This document shows, in pieces, positions 45,931 to 56,497 of a stretch of 64,000 nucleotides of DNA. The translations under genes were made by a program, and so were the position numbers. Under the pieces are notes generated by a model. It was not told the origin of the DNA. It searched no databases and saw only the letters and a program-made list of their open reading frames with translations. The stretch is from an uncultured SAR86 cluster bacterium. GTDB lineage: Bacteria > Pseudomonadota > Gammaproteobacteria > Magnimaribacterales > D2472. Location: positions 14,409 to 78,408 of the forward strand of contig CABXTT010000002.1 of the NCBI GenBank assembly GCA_902515155.1, written 5' to 3'. Each line of letters starts with the position of its first letter. Position 1 is the first letter of the stretch.

Positions 45931-46550
45931 ATAAATACCAAAACAACTTTTTTAAATGCTTCTTAATCACAATTTTTGCAGTATCAATCAATGCTGAATA
46001 CAAATTAGGCACCGATTATAGAATAGTTGATAACCCAATGCCTGTGAAGAAGGATGGAATAGTCGAAGTCACAGAAACTTTTTGGTATGGGTGTGGAGCT
46101 TGTTATTCCTTTGAGCCCTCAATTAATTCATGGAAGTCAAAATTAAGTGAAGATACTAAATTTACAAAAATGCCGATAACATGGGGAGGCATTCATCAGC
46201 TTCATGCAGCGCTATACTATACGATAGAGGCTCTAAAGCTGGACTCTTCTGCACACTCCGCAGTTTTTGTAACAATTCATAAGGAGGGAAATTTTCTTCA
46301 AAACCCTAGGGCTATTCAGGAATTTTTAGCTAAATTTGGAGTAGCACCTGAAGTGACTGCACAATATTTAAATTCTTTTAGCGTTAAGCAAAAAGTAAAT
46401 AGAGGAATTAAATATTCAAGAGAGCTAAAGATTGATGCTGTCCCTATGATGGTAGTAGATGGAACCTATATTATTGAATCTAAAAGATCTTATAGTGACA
46501 TGTTAAAAGTTGTTGATTATGTTGTTGAGTTACAAAGACCTAATTCTTAA
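45927..46550 (+). CDS. dsbA: Thiol:disulfide interchange protein DsbA
   Basis: 207-aa ORF with a signal peptide and a thioredoxin-fold active site (WYGCGACY). It has a 4-nt overlap with the cytochrome c4 gene. Confidence 0.85.
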   Translation: MNKYQNNFFKCFLITIFAVSINAEYKLGTDYRIVDNPMPVKKDGIVEVTETFWYGCGACYSFEPSINSWKSKLSEDTKFTKMPITWGGIHQLHAALYYTIEALKLDSSAHSAVFVTIHKEGNFLQNPRAIQEFLAKFGVAPEVTAQYLNSFSVKQKVNRGIKYSRELKIDAVPMMVVDGTYIIESKRSYSDMLKVVDYVVELQRPNS

Positions 46551-46562
46551 AAAGGCAAATAT

Positions 46563-47156
46563 ATGAAAAAAAATCAATATCTAATTATATTACCTTTGTG
46601 TGCAATTTTTCTATTTAACGGAAAGACCTATAATGAAAGTGTTGTTCAAAGGATAGGCCTTGAAGTTAATATTTGTTTAGAAGGTCAAGATTGTGGAGTT
46701 GCTTCAGCTGCCTCTGCCTCATCTTCAGGAATGGCAAATGCCGCAGCAGTAAAAAAAGTTGAACTGTCCGAAGGTTCTGAACACATAGTTAATATGTTAA
46801 ATTCTGGTACAGATGGCGCTATGGTTTTTGAACCCGCGGTTATAAAAGTATCCAAAGGAGATACTATTCATTTTAAAGCAGTTGATATGTCTCACAACTC
46901 TGCAACTATCAATGGGATGATCCCAGATGGAGCAAATGAATGGTCAAGCGATCTAAGCAAGGACTTTAGTATCGCCCTTGATACAGAGGGTGTATATGTA
47001 TATCAGTGCGATCCTCACGCTATGATGGCTATGATTGGAGTTATCCAAGTTGGAGAGGCAGTAAATCTTGATGATGTAAAGGCTGAGGCAAACAAACAGA
47101 AATCGATGTTTGTAATGAATGCCAACAGAATAGATGACTATCTATCTCAACTTTAA
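46563..47156 (+). CDS. Pseudoazurin-type blue copper protein with N-terminal extension
   Basis: The C-terminal ~125 aa match pseudoazurin (EHIVNMLNSGTDGAMVFEP ... MSHNS ... YVYQCDPHAMMAMIGVIQVG). All four Cu ligands (His, Cys, His, Met) are present. About 70 aa precede this domain (signal peptide, Cys pair, Ala/Ser-rich linker). Confidence 0.85.
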   Translation: MKKNQYLIILPLCAIFLFNGKTYNESVVQRIGLEVNICLEGQDCGVASAASASSSGMANAAAVKKVELSEGSEHIVNMLNSGTDGAMVFEPAVIKVSKGDTIHFKAVDMSHNSATINGMIPDGANEWSSDLSKDFSIALDTEGVYVYQCDPHAMMAMIGVIQVGEAVNLDDVKAEANKQKSMFVMNANRIDDYLSQL

Positions 47157-47383
47157 TCTTTTTCTAAAAGGGTTATTCTTTCTTCAAGTTCATCAACTAA
47201 TTTTTTAATAGAATCATATTTAGATTTAGAAATATAACCACTTTTCTCAATAGCCTTATCTAAATCAGGCCCAAGATTTTCTTTTAAATTTAAAAAGAAA
47301 TCCGAAGGTATAAATTTATTAAATTTTTTTAATTCTTTTTCAAGAATTTTGAATATAGCACTTGAAACATCACCTTCACTCAT
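47153..47383 (-). CDS. UbiK/YqiC-like coiled-coil accessory protein (tentative)
   Basis: About 76-aa ORF. The C-terminal pattern (YISKSKYDSIKKLVDELEERITLLEK) resembles the UbiK/BMFP family. ATG 47381-47383 gives an 8-nt overlap with the upstream HAD gene. The ORF track instead starts at TTG 47395. Confidence 0.45.
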   Translation of the reverse strand: MSEGDVSSAIFKILEKELKKFNKFIPSDFFLNLKENLGPDLDKAIEKSGYISKSKYDSIKKLVDELEERITLLEKD

Positions 47384-48080
47384 AAATATCCTCAATTAAA
47401 CTGACGCACTCTTTCCAATTATTAAACTTATTTGGCTCTGCAATTTCTAGGCTCCATTCAACATTCTTATTATTAAACCAAAGAGTATTAATGCCAAGAA
47501 TATGGGCTCCATAAATATCATTTATTTGATGATCTCCAACATGCAAGATTTGGTTATAAGAAATATTTTTATAGTTTTCTAAAGCCTTTTTAAAATGTGG
47601 CTCAGCCGGCTTATTACTTTTTACATCAAGGGAGCTGATAGAAAAATCAAAAAACTTACCTATATCAAACCTAAAGATGTCAGCATTCCCATTAGTTAAT
47701 ACTCCTAAATGATATTTTTTTGAGAGGCGCTTGATTGCATCGAATACACCTTCATAAAATGTAACCGCATGTCGCTTATCTATAAAATTTTGATATGCTT
47801 CATTTATGATTGAATCTATCTTTATTTTATCCATTACAACCTCATCAAGCTTTCTACGATAAATCTCTTTTCTTAGAAGGCTTATATCCCATTCAAGAGA
47901 GTTATTTTCTTTTATCAGTTCTTTTCTATAATTTAAGAAGTCACTCAATGAGCCCCATTGAATATCACCAACTTTTTCTTGAAGCCATTCTCTTGTTTCT
48001 AATTCTGCCTTGATTATTACTGGCCCTATATCCCAAAAAGTATCATCAAGATCAAAGGTAATTAATTTAATATTTTTCAT
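47376..48080 (-). CDS. HAD superfamily hydrolase (YigB-like)
   Basis: 234-aa ORF with HAD motif I (FDLDDTFWD) and motif IV (GDHQINDI). It lies downstream of xerC, as yigB does in E. coli. Confidence 0.75.
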   Translation of the reverse strand: MKNIKLITFDLDDTFWDIGPVIIKAELETREWLQEKVGDIQWGSLSDFLNYRKELIKENNSLEWDISLLRKEIYRRKLDEVVMDKIKIDSIINEAYQNFIDKRHAVTFYEGVFDAIKRLSKKYHLGVLTNGNADIFRFDIGKFFDFSISSLDVKSNKPAEPHFKKALENYKNISYNQILHVGDHQINDIYGAHILGINTLWFNNKNVEWSLEIAEPNKFNNWKECVSLIEDIYE

Positions 48081-48973
48081 TTTTTTGCTCTAGGATGAGC
48101 TTTGTCATAGATTTTTACAAGGTGTTGATAATCTAACTTAGTATAAATTTGTGTAGTTGATAATGAACTGTGACCAAGCAGTTCCTGAATAGTTCTAAGG
48201 TCTCCACTTGATTCAAGCATATGAGTTGCAAAACTATGTCTAAGCATATGAGGATATATAGGAGGCAAACCTTGTTTAGTTGCCATTTTTTTTAAACGCA
48301 GCTGAATGCTTCTTACTGTAAGCCTAGCGCCCTTAAAGTTAATAAATAACGCATTAGAATCTTCTGAATATTTAGACCTTTCAGTTATCCAGCTCTCAAT
48401 AGCACTAATAGCGTATCTACCAAGAGGTACTAATCTAGTTTTTGCTCCTTTTCCAAGAACTCTTAAAAATGTCATTTCCTCTTCAAAATCATCTATGTTT
48501 ATAGAGGCTGTCTCTGACACCCTCAGTCCAGATGAATACATCAACTCGACCATTGCAAGATCTCTAATTTCAAGAGCATCCTTAGGTTTAAAATTTAATA
48601 ATTGCTCAACATCCTCTGGCGATAAGACTTCTGGGAGATAACTGGGTGTTTTAGGAGCATTAATAAGCTCGAATGGCGAACTATCAATTAGATAATTTTT
48701 TTTTAGAAATTTAAAAAAACCTTTCGCTGATGAAAGATGTCTTTGAATGCTCCTTGGATTATTATTGGATGCATATAGGCTACCAATCCATGCAGAGCAT
48801 GTTTCATCAGAAATGCTTTTATATTTTGATATATTCAGAGATTTTAAAAAGCTAGATAGTTTTAACAAGTCTCTTTTATAGGAGTTGGTTGTATTTTTAG
48901 AGAGGTTTCTGACCTCTGAAATGTAATTTATGTAAAGATCGATATCCTTGAATACAAAATATTCTTTAGACAT
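48077..48973 (-). CDS. xerC: Tyrosine recombinase XerC
   Basis: 298-aa ORF with the catalytic signature (R...[10 protein letters not shown]...[14 protein letters not shown]). It is in the conserved dapF-yigA-xerC-yigB context. Confidence 0.88.
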   Translation of the reverse strand: MSKEYFVFKDIDLYINYISEVRNLSKNTTNSYKRDLLKLSSFLKSLNISKYKSISDETCSAWIGSLYASNNNPRSIQRHLSSAKGFFKFLKKNYLIDSSPFELINAPKTPSYLPEVLSPEDVEQLLNFKPKDALEIRDLAMVELMYSSGLRVSETASINIDDFEEEMTFLRVLGKGAKTRLVPLGRYAISAIESWITERSKYSEDSNALFINFKGARLTVRSIQLRLKKMATKQGLPPIYPHMLRHSFATHMLESSGDLRTIQELLGHSSLSTTQIYTKLDYQHLVKIYDKAHPRAKK

Positions 48974-49601
48974 CTACTTCAAAGGAATTAATTTTTTTCT
49001 CTAAAACATCTCTTATGTATTCAATAAAAGTAGTATCTTCATCACCTAAATACCTTGTTCGGTCATAACTACCCAATTTTAAAAGGCCTATTTCTTTTTC
49101 TGAAATTAAAACAGCAATAGCCATGGACTCAACTTTTGAATCAGAAAACAATAAATCCATTTTTTGTTTTGAAAAGGACCCGCAATGAATTGCTCCTTTA
49201 TGAAATGAGATCTCTGTTGTTTTTTCAAGAGCATCTATTTCTTCATTATTTAAAAATTCTAAAATACAGTTGTTTACGTTAAAGCTCTCTTTAAAATCTT
49301 TTTGGACTGTCTCGACAACTTCTTCTCTTGAAGATGAGTCTAGAATAGATAGTATTAAATTTTTTGATTTATTAAAAAGATCTTCATTTAATGATGCTGT
49401 TTCAATAAAAGATGATAATAAATCCATTAAATTCTTTTGTTCACCTCTAAGTTTTAAAATTTGACGCTCCAGTAAAGATGATGCGGAGCTATCGGAATGT
49501 TTGAATTTTAGCTCACTAACAAGAGACTCCCTTGTCTCAAAAAAGTCTAAATTATCTAAAAGAAAAAGTTCTACTTCCTTAGAGTCTATTTTATTACTCA
49601 T
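48966..49601 (-). CDS. DUF484 (YigA) family protein
   Basis: 211-aa ORF between dapF and xerC, with 8-nt overlaps on both sides. The call rests on position and size. Confidence 0.65.
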   Translation of the reverse strand: MSNKIDSKEVELFLLDNLDFFETRESLVSELKFKHSDSSASSLLERQILKLRGEQKNLMDLLSSFIETASLNEDLFNKSKNLILSILDSSSREEVVETVQKDFKESFNVNNCILEFLNNEEIDALEKTTEISFHKGAIHCGSFSKQKMDLLFSDSKVESMAIAVLISEKEIGLLKLGSYDRTRYLGDEDTTFIEYIRDVLEKKINSFEVDV

Positions 49602-50379
49602 TTATGCTCCCTGAATAAACACTCTCACTTGGCCCTATCATCGAGATATTTTTATCTGAATTAGTAAACTTTAACTCACCACCAAAAGACTTGATACTGA
49701 TTTTCTTAAATTCACTCTCAAGAAATAATGAGGCTACCGAGAGGGACGCTGATCCGCAAGACAGGGTTTCACCAGCTCCGTTTTCATATGTTCTAACGCG
49801 AATGAAGTTTTTGTTAGTCTCATAAATAGTAAGATTAATTTCAAAAGGTTTAATTATCTTTTCTAGTTTTTGGTATAAAGAGTTTATATCGATTGCCTTA
49901 ATAGATTTCTTTTTTATGCAAAGATGCATATTTCCTGCATCAATCAAATTAAACTGTCTGGTCTCTAATTTAGAAGAGAGCAACTTTTTTAATTTTTCAT
50001 TTTTAAAAGTTTTTGGTCTATTAATAGTAACTTTTACATTATTTTTATTTGGCTCACAAAGAACATGTCTTTTTTTTGTTTGAAAGTTTAAAACTCCTAA
50101 AGGCGCAAGATTTTTATTCCATATATATGTTGCAGCACACCTGATGCCATTAAGACATAAGTTAGCTTGACCGCCGTCAGCATTATAAAACCTTATAAAG
50201 AAATCTGAATCGGGCTTTTTAGGAAGGTCCACTAGGATGAGTTGATCAAAGCCAATGCCTAAATTCCTATCTGAAAGTTTTTTTATTAATCGTTTATTAG
50301 GACTAAATTCCTGCTCAATAGAATTCATGACTATGAAGTCATTTCCATTACCATGCATTTTATCAAAGCTAATCATCAC
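49594..50379 (-). CDS. dapF: Diaminopimelate epimerase
   Basis: 261-aa ORF. The N-terminal FDKMHGNGNDFIV and the two catalytic Cys regions (NGIRC, SCGSAS) are typical of DapF. Confidence 0.9.
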   Translation of the reverse strand: MMISFDKMHGNGNDFIVMNSIEQEFSPNKRLIKKLSDRNLGIGFDQLILVDLPKKPDSDFFIRFYNADGGQANLCLNGIRCAATYIWNKNLAPLGVLNFQTKKRHVLCEPNKNNVKVTINRPKTFKNEKLKKLLSSKLETRQFNLIDAGNMHLCIKKKSIKAIDINSLYQKLEKIIKPFEINLTIYETNKNFIRVRTYENGAGETLSCGSASLSVASLFLESEFKKISIKSFGGELKFTNSDKNISMIGPSESVYSGSINE

Positions 50380-51607
50380 CGATTATTTCCATCTCCAAAA
50401 GATCATCTAATGACTCTCTTTTTCTAATTAAAATAGATTTATCTCCATCGACCAGGACCTCACAGGCTCTAGGCCGTGTATTGTAATTTGAAGACATTAC
50501 AAAACCATACGCACCTGCAGTTTTTATAGCCAAAATATCATCTTCATCAGCATAAATAGATATATTCTTTGCTAAAAAATCAGAGGATTCACATATTGGA
50601 CCAACAACGTTCCATAACTTAGGAACCCCAGTATTTTCTTTTATATTACATATGTCGTGCTCAGCTTTATATAAAGCTGGTCTAATAAGATCATTCATAG
50701 CAGCATCTACTACAAGAAAATCATCTTTAATATATTCAACTTTTGTTATTAAAACACCTGCGTTAGCAGAGATACTTCTACCGGGCTCTAGAACTAATCT
50801 TTCTTTTCTCCCCTGAAGTTCTTTTTCTAAGCATGAAACTAAATTTTCTGGTGACGGAGGAGATTCCTCATTATATGGGACCCCTAGTCCACCACCTAAA
50901 TCTAAGAATTCTAAGGAAATCCCCAATTCAATAAGAGAATCTGCTAATTCAATAGTTTTTTTAGCAGATTTTCTGTAACTATCTAGTTCTAATATTTGTG
51001 ATCCTATATGACTCGCTAATCCAACAATATTTAAGTAATTAGAACTTTTTATATATTTACTTAGTTCAATAATTTGATCGATTGATGATATTCCAAACTT
51101 ATCTCCTTTTCTGCCAGTTGTAATATAGTCATGACCACCAGAATCAATATCTGGATTGAATCTAATTGATACAGGAGCAACCTTATTTAAATTTTCAGCA
51201 ATTTTTTCAATCCTATATAATTCAGATGCTGACTCAACATTAAATGAAAGAATTCCTTCTAAAATTCCTTCTTCAATTTCTTTCTTAGATTTTCCAACTC
51301 CAGAAAATATTATTTTTTTTGGATCTGCTCCTATCGATAGCACTCTATAAAGTTCTCCACCAGAAACAATATCAAAACCACATCCCATATCGTTTAGTAA
51401 CTTTAAGATGGAGATATTGCTCAATGACTTTACTGCAAAGCATGCCAAGCTGTCAGGTTTGGTAAATGACTTAACGTAGGCATTAGCATTAGTTTCTAAA
51501 GTTTGTTTAGAGTATATATATGCTGGGGTATCAAATTGATCAGAAATATCAGATAGGCTGACCTGTTCACAAAAGAGACTTCCAGAATTGAAGTTGAATG
51601 CACTCAT
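50369..51607 (-). CDS. lysA: Diaminopimelate decarboxylase
   Basis: 412-aa PLP-dependent fold III decarboxylase (FAVKS, DLGGGLG, EPGRS, CESSD). Confidence 0.95.
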   Translation of the reverse strand: MSAFNFNSGSLFCEQVSLSDISDQFDTPAYIYSKQTLETNANAYVKSFTKPDSLACFAVKSLSNISILKLLNDMGCGFDIVSGGELYRVLSIGADPKKIIFSGVGKSKKEIEEGILEGILSFNVESASELYRIEKIAENLNKVAPVSIRFNPDIDSGGHDYITTGRKGDKFGISSIDQIIELSKYIKSSNYLNIVGLASHIGSQILELDSYRKSAKKTIELADSLIELGISLEFLDLGGGLGVPYNEESPPSPENLVSCLEKELQGRKERLVLEPGRSISANAGVLITKVEYIKDDFLVVDAAMNDLIRPALYKAEHDICNIKENTGVPKLWNVVGPICESSDFLAKNISIYADEDDILAIKTAGAYGFVMSSNYNTRPRACEVLVDGDKSILIRKRESLDDLLEMEIIGDD

Positions 51608-51711
51608 TAAAGTACCTTAATTTGATAGGCATCAATTAATGGTCCTTTTACTCCACATCCTCCAAGTGAAAAGACTAAAATTAGACTAATAATGATTTTG
51701 AGAATATTCAT
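51607..51711 (-). CDS. Small lipoprotein of the LppL/LptM(YifL) type
   Basis: 34-aa ORF below the track cutoff: MNILKIIISLILVFSLGGCGVKGPLIDAYQIKVL. It has a lipobox (SLGGC) followed by the family motif GxKGPL. Its TAA shares one base with the lysA ATG (TAATG). Confidence 0.65.
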   Translation of the reverse strand: MNILKIIISLILVFSLGGCGVKGPLIDAYQIKVL

Positions 51712-51720
51712 AGTGCGTAT

Positions 51721-51745
51721 TATGGGCAATTATGCCCATAATTGC
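51721..51745. terminator. Two overlapping, mutually exclusive 8-bp hairpins between ahcY and the lppL-lysA unit
   Basis: Hairpin A pairs TATGGGCA (51721-28) with TGCCCATA (51733-40). Hairpin B pairs GCAATTAT (51726-33) with ATAATTGC (51738-45). No U-run follows on the minus strand, so a terminator role is uncertain. Confidence 0.3.
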
Positions 51746-51756
51746 ACAGTATAAGA

Positions 51757-53151
51757 TTAATATTTGTAGCTTTCTTCTTTAAATGGACCTTCTTGAGGAA
51801 CATTTATATAGTCTGCTTGATCTTTAGTAAGCTGTGTCATGACTCCACCAAAACCTGCTACCATTAATGAAGCAACTTCTTCATCTAACTTTTTAGGGAG
51901 AACCTCAACTGTAATCATCTCAGCCTTTGTGTCTTCATCATTAATGTTCGCAAAGCCTTGTTTGTACAAATGAATCTGAGCCAATACCTGATTAGCAAAT
52001 GAACCATCCATAATTCTACTTGGATGTCCTGTAGCATTCCCAAGATTTACTAATCGACCTTCAGCCAAAAGAACAAGATAGTTTTTGCTTGACAAGTCAG
52101 GAGTTCCATCAGGTTTAGTATCTCTAAAGATTCTATGAACTTGTGGTTTAATTTCATCCCAGTAATAGTTATCTCTCATAAACGCAGTATCAATTTCATT
52201 ATCAAAATGTCCGATGTTACAAACTACTGCTGTATTTTTTAATGTACTTAACATTGCTGAATCACAAACATTAACGTTGCCAGTTGTTGTAACAATTAAA
52301 TCAGTATTGCCCATAACCTGCATATCAATATCTTCAACATTTCTTGAAACTACACCATCTTTATAACAGGATACTACTGCGAATCCGTCCATACAGGCTT
52401 GCATAGCACATATAGGATCAGACTCAACAACACTTACTATCATTCCTTCTTGAGCAAGACTAGCTGCAGATCCTTTACCTACATCCCCATAGCCTATTAC
52501 AAGACCTCTTTTACCCATGAGAAGCATATCTGTTCCTCTCTTAAGAGCATCATTAAGACTGTGTCTGCAACCATACTTATTATCGTTCTTGGCTTTAGTA
52601 ACTGAATCGTTTACATTGATTGCAGGAACTTTAAGCTCTCCTTTTTCAAGCATTTCTTTTAATCTATGAACCCCAGTAGTTGTTTCTTCTGAAACACCAT
52701 GAATAGTTTCTAACATATCAGGAAACTTTTCATGAACCATAGCTGTAAGATCACTTCCATCATCAAGAATCATATTTGCATCCCAAGGCTTTCCATCTTT
52801 ACAAATTGTTTGCTCAATACACCATTCAAATTCTTCTTCAGTTTCACCTTTCCATGCAAAAGTTGGAATTCCTTTTGCAGCCATAGCAGCGGCAGCATGA
52901 TCTTGGGTTGAAAAGATATTACATGATGACCATCTCAGCTCAGCACCAAGATCAATTAGTGTCTCCATTAAGACAGCTGTTTGAATAGTCATGTGGATGC
53001 AGCCCATAATTTTAGCACCAGCAAGTGGTTGCTCAGATCTATATTTGTCTCTTAAAGCCATTAATGCAGGCATTTCATTTTCTGCAAGTGAAATTTCTCT
53101 TCTTCCAAATTCTGCCAGATTGATATCTGCTACCTTATAGTCGTTTTCCAT
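51757..53151 (-). CDS. ahcY: Adenosylhomocysteinase
   Basis: 464-aa ORF. N-terminal [25 protein letters not shown] and an NAD-binding loop (GYGDVGKG) are present. Confidence 0.97.
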   Translation of the reverse strand: MENDYKVADINLAEFGRREISLAENEMPALMALRDKYRSEQPLAGAKIMGCIHMTIQTAVLMETLIDLGAELRWSSCNIFSTQDHAAAAMAAKGIPTFAWKGETEEEFEWCIEQTICKDGKPWDANMILDDGSDLTAMVHEKFPDMLETIHGVSEETTTGVHRLKEMLEKGELKVPAINVNDSVTKAKNDNKYGCRHSLNDALKRGTDMLLMGKRGLVIGYGDVGKGSAASLAQEGMIVSVVESDPICAMQACMDGFAVVSCYKDGVVSRNVEDIDMQVMGNTDLIVTTTGNVNVCDSAMLSTLKNTAVVCNIGHFDNEIDTAFMRDNYYWDEIKPQVHRIFRDTKPDGTPDLSSKNYLVLLAEGRLVNLGNATGHPSRIMDGSFANQVLAQIHLYKQGFANINDEDTKAEMITVEVLPKKLDEEVASLMVAGFGGVMTQLTKDQADYINVPQEGPFKEESYKY

Positions 53152-53172
53152 TTTTTTTTCCTTAATTTTTTA

Positions 53173-54327
53173 TTATTGTGAAATATCCGAAGCTTTATCA
53201 GTTCTTTCCCATGAAAGATCAATATCAGATCTGCCAAAGTGACCATAAGCTGCAGTTTGCAAGTATATAGGTCTTTTCAGATCAAGCATATTAATTAAAC
53301 TTTTAGGTCTTAGATCAAATTCTTCTTCAACAATTTTCACTATAGCTTCTTTAGATATCTTTTCACTATTAAAAGTTTCAACGTGGATAGATGTTGGTTT
53401 TGCTACACCAATAGCATACGAGACTTGAATTTCACAATAGTCAGCAAGCCCAGCAGCAACGATATTTTTAGCAACGTACCTTGAAGCATAAGCAGCAGAT
53501 CTATCTACTTTTGAAGGGTCTTTGCCTGAAAAGGCTCCACCTCCATGCCTAGCCATTCCTCCATATGTATCCACAATTATTTTTCTTCCAGTTAACCCAC
53601 AATCACCAACGGGACCACCGATAACAAATTTACCAGTGGGGTTGATATAAATATTTGTAGAGTCAAGAATCCATTCTTCAGGAACTATTGGTTTGATAAT
53701 TTTATCCATTACTTCTGATTTGATTTCTTCTTGCGTAACATCTTCATCATGTTGTGTAGATAGAACAACAGCAGATAATCCCTCTATTGATTTACCATCA
53801 TCTGAGTAAATTACGCTTACCTGACTTTTAGCATCTGGTCTTAGCCATTTAATTTCTCCACTTTTCATCACATCAGCTTGTTTTTTAACTAACCTATGAG
53901 ATAGATCTATTGGAAGAGGCATTAATGATTCAGTTTCTTTACAAGCATAACCAAACATTAACCCTTGATCACCAGCACCTTGTTCTAGATTTTCTCCCTC
54001 ACCCTCAGTTACGCCTTGAGAGATATCAGGTGATTGCTCAAAAACAAGATTTGTAAATTCGCAAGTATCACCATTAAAGCCATATTCATCAGAATTGTAA
54101 CCGATGTCATTAATCGTTTTTCTAACAATCGGCTCAAGATCTGGACTGCCCAAAGAGGTAATTTCACCGGCAATAAAGACCATATTATTCTTAATCATAG
54201 TTTCACAAGCAACTCTACTATTAGGATCTTCAGCAAGGTAGGCATCTAATACTGCATCCGAAATTTGATCGCAAACTTTGTCAGGATGGCCTCCTGAAAC
54301 TGACTCTGATGTAAATATGTAACTCAT
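53173..54327 (-). CDS. metK: S-adenosylmethionine synthase
   Basis: 384-aa ORF with [25 protein letters not shown] and GGGAFSGKD motifs. Confidence 0.97.
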   Translation of the reverse strand: MSYIFTSESVSGGHPDKVCDQISDAVLDAYLAEDPNSRVACETMIKNNMVFIAGEITSLGSPDLEPIVRKTINDIGYNSDEYGFNGDTCEFTNLVFEQSPDISQGVTEGEGENLEQGAGDQGLMFGYACKETESLMPLPIDLSHRLVKKQADVMKSGEIKWLRPDAKSQVSVIYSDDGKSIEGLSAVVLSTQHDEDVTQEEIKSEVMDKIIKPIVPEEWILDSTNIYINPTGKFVIGGPVGDCGLTGRKIIVDTYGGMARHGGGAFSGKDPSKVDRSAAYASRYVAKNIVAAGLADYCEIQVSYAIGVAKPTSIHVETFNSEKISKEAIVKIVEEEFDLRPKSLINMLDLKRPIYLQTAAYGHFGRSDIDLSWERTDKASDISQ

Positions 54328-54505
54328 AAAAATCTCCCCAAAAATAAAATTTATTTCTAGTTAAATATGATTTGTTTTAAGAATTTTAAAGTTCTAAGTA
54401 ACCATAAAAATTACTAGATTGATATTTATATCAAAAAAGTAAATATTTAGCTATTATTTTGAAAGGTAAAATATTATTATAAATAAAAATCTTACTGGAA
54501 AAAAA

Positions 54506-56497
54506 TTGCATCACTCTGAATCAACTAACGCCTTAAGGTTCCTTTCAATAGATGCTGTTCAAAAAGCTAATTCAGGCCATCCCGGAATGCCCATGGGTAT
54601 GGCAGAGATAGCAACAGCTTTATGGAAAAATCATTTAAAACATAATCCTGCAAACCCTCATTGGTTTAATAGGGATAGATTTGTTTTATCTAATGGTCAT
54701 GGATCAATGCTGTTATATAGCTTACTTCATTTGACTGGCTACGATATTTCGATGAGCGATATAAAAGATTTTCGTAAACTAAAATCAAAGACTCCTGGTC
54801 ATCCAGAATTAGATCTTGATTGTGGCATCGAAACTACCACTGGCCCTTTGGGCCAAGGTATAGCAAATGCTGTAGGAATGGCCATTTCAGAGAAAATATT
54901 GTCAGCACAATTTAATACAGAAAAGTTAAAACCAGTCGACCACTATACATATGCGTTTTTAGGTGATGGTTGTCTTATGGAAGGAATCTCTCATGAGGCT
55001 TGTTCCTTTGCAGGCACTCATAATCTTGGGAAATTAATATGTTTTTATGATCAGAATGGAATATCGATTGATGGTGAAATTGAAAATTGGTTTACTGACG
55101 ATAGTGTAAAAAGATTTGATAGTTATGGATGGCAAACTATTTGTGTTGATGGCCATGATGTGGATGAAGTAGACAAAGCAATAATATCTGCAAAAGAGGA
55201 ATCTATTAGGCCAACTATGATTTTTTGTAGAACAACAATAGGTTTTGGATCTCCTAATAAATCTGGTACTTCAGATGTTCATGGAGCTCCTCTTGGCGAT
55301 GATGAAATAGAAAAAACTAGAAAAGTGCTTGATTGGAAATATGAACCATTTGAGGTGCCGCAGCATGTTTACGAATATTGGGATGCTAAGTCATCTGGAG
55401 CAGAACTTAATAATAGTTGGGATCAGTTATTGATTGAATATAAAAAAAGTGACGACAATAAGCATAAGGAACTTTTAAGACGAATATCAGGCAAGGTTAC
55501 AGATAATTTTGATGAAAGGTACATTGAATTCTTGCGAAGTTGTAACGAAGAAAATAGTGCAATGGCAACAAGAAAAGCCTCTCAATTATGTCTAGACTTT
55601 TTTGTAAAAGAATTACCTGAGCTTGTTGGTGGATCAGCTGATTTAACACCATCAAATAATACTTTTTCAAAGTCTAGCGCAACATTTTCTAATAGCAACC
55701 CTACTGGAAACCATATTAATTATGGAGTAAGAGAATTTGGAATGTCGGCTATTATGAACGGAATGGTTCTTCATGGTGGTATCAAGCCCTACGGAGCAAC
55801 CTTCCTAGTCTTTACTGACTACGCCAGGAATGCTGTTAGATTATCAGCTTTAATGAAATTGCCAAATATCTTTGTCTATACTCATGATTCAATTGCACTT
55901 GGTGAAGATGGCCCAACACATCAACCGGTTGAGCATTTAGTAACATTAAGATCTACACCTAATTTAGAAAGTTGGAGACCAGCTGATCTTGTTGAAACAG
56001 CTGTTGCATGGAAGAATGCAGTGAATTCAAAGGATTCGCCCACCTGTCTTATTTTTTCTAGACAAAATACATCAGCAATTCCAAGAAATCAAAATCAGAT
56101 TGATAATATAGATAAAGGAGGTTATTTAGTAAAAGAAAATGATAATGCCTCAATCTCATTAGTTGCTTCAGGCAGTGAGCTTCAATTAATCCTGGATGCT
56201 GCTGAAGCACTAGAAAAAGATTTTGGCATAGCATCTAATGTAATTTCCATGCCATGCTTGGATAGATTTTTAGATAACGAAGATGATTATCATTCCTCAA
56301 TATTGAAACCAAATCTCCCAATACTGGTTGTTGAGCTATCGCATCCTAATTCTTGGTATAAGTTACTAAATAAGAAAGACAAAGTTCTTGGGATTGAAAC
56401 TTTTGGTGAGTCAGCACCTGCTAATATTTTGCTTGAACATTTTGGATTTACTACCTCAAATGTTGTTGAGATGGCAAAATCTTTAGTAGATGAATAA
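54506..56497 (+). CDS. tkt: Transketolase
   Basis: 663-aa ORF with a TTG start. Typical motifs are present (LSIDAVQKANSGHPGMPMG, GDGCLMEGIS, GEDGPTHQP). Confidence 0.97.
   Translation: MHHSESTNALRFLSIDAVQKANSGHPGMPMGMAEIATALWKNHLKHNPANPHWFNRDRFVLSNGHGSMLLYSLLHLTGYDISMSDIKDFRKLKSKTPGHPELDLDCGIETTTGPLGQGIANAVGMAISEKILSAQFNTEKLKPVDHYTYAFLGDGCLMEGISHEACSFAGTHNLGKLICFYDQNGISIDGEIENWFTDDSVKRFDSYGWQTICVDGHDVDEVDKAIISAKEESIRPTMIFCRTTIGFGSPNKSGTSDVHGAPLGDDEIEKTRKVLDWKYEPFEVPQHVYEYWDAKSSGAELNNSWDQLLIEYKKSDDNKHKELLRRISGKVTDNFDERYIEFLRSCNEENSAMATRKASQLCLDFFVKELPELVGGSADLTPSNNTFSKSSATFSNSNPTGNHINYGVREFGMSAIMNGMVLHGGIKPYGATFLVFTDYARNAVRLSALMKLPNIFVYTHDSIALGEDGPTHQPVEHLVTLRSTPNLESWRPADLVETAVAWKNAVNSKDSPTCLIFSRQNTSAIPRNQNQIDNIDKGGYLVKENDNASISLVASGSELQLILDAAEALEKDFGIASNVISMPCLDRFLDNEDDYHSSILKPNLPILVVELSHPNSWYKLLNKKDKVLGIETFGESAPANILLEHFGFTTSNVVEMAKSLVDE

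Noticed and set aside
48077-48973. Tyrosine recombinase as a possible marker of an integrated mobile element or island.
   Set aside because: It sits in the conserved chromosomal dapF-yigA-xerC-yigB arrangement with overlapping neighbours. There are no flanking repeats, tRNA or phage/transposon genes. It is the housekeeping dimer-resolution recombinase.
54328-54505. Possible SAM or SAH riboswitch in the 178-bp metK leader or upstream of ahcY.
   Set aside because: I could not recognise any SAM-I/II/V or SAH riboswitch core or a convincing conserved stem architecture by eye. ahcY follows metK after 21 nt, so it has no leader of its own. A covariance-model scan (Rfam) would be needed to exclude one.
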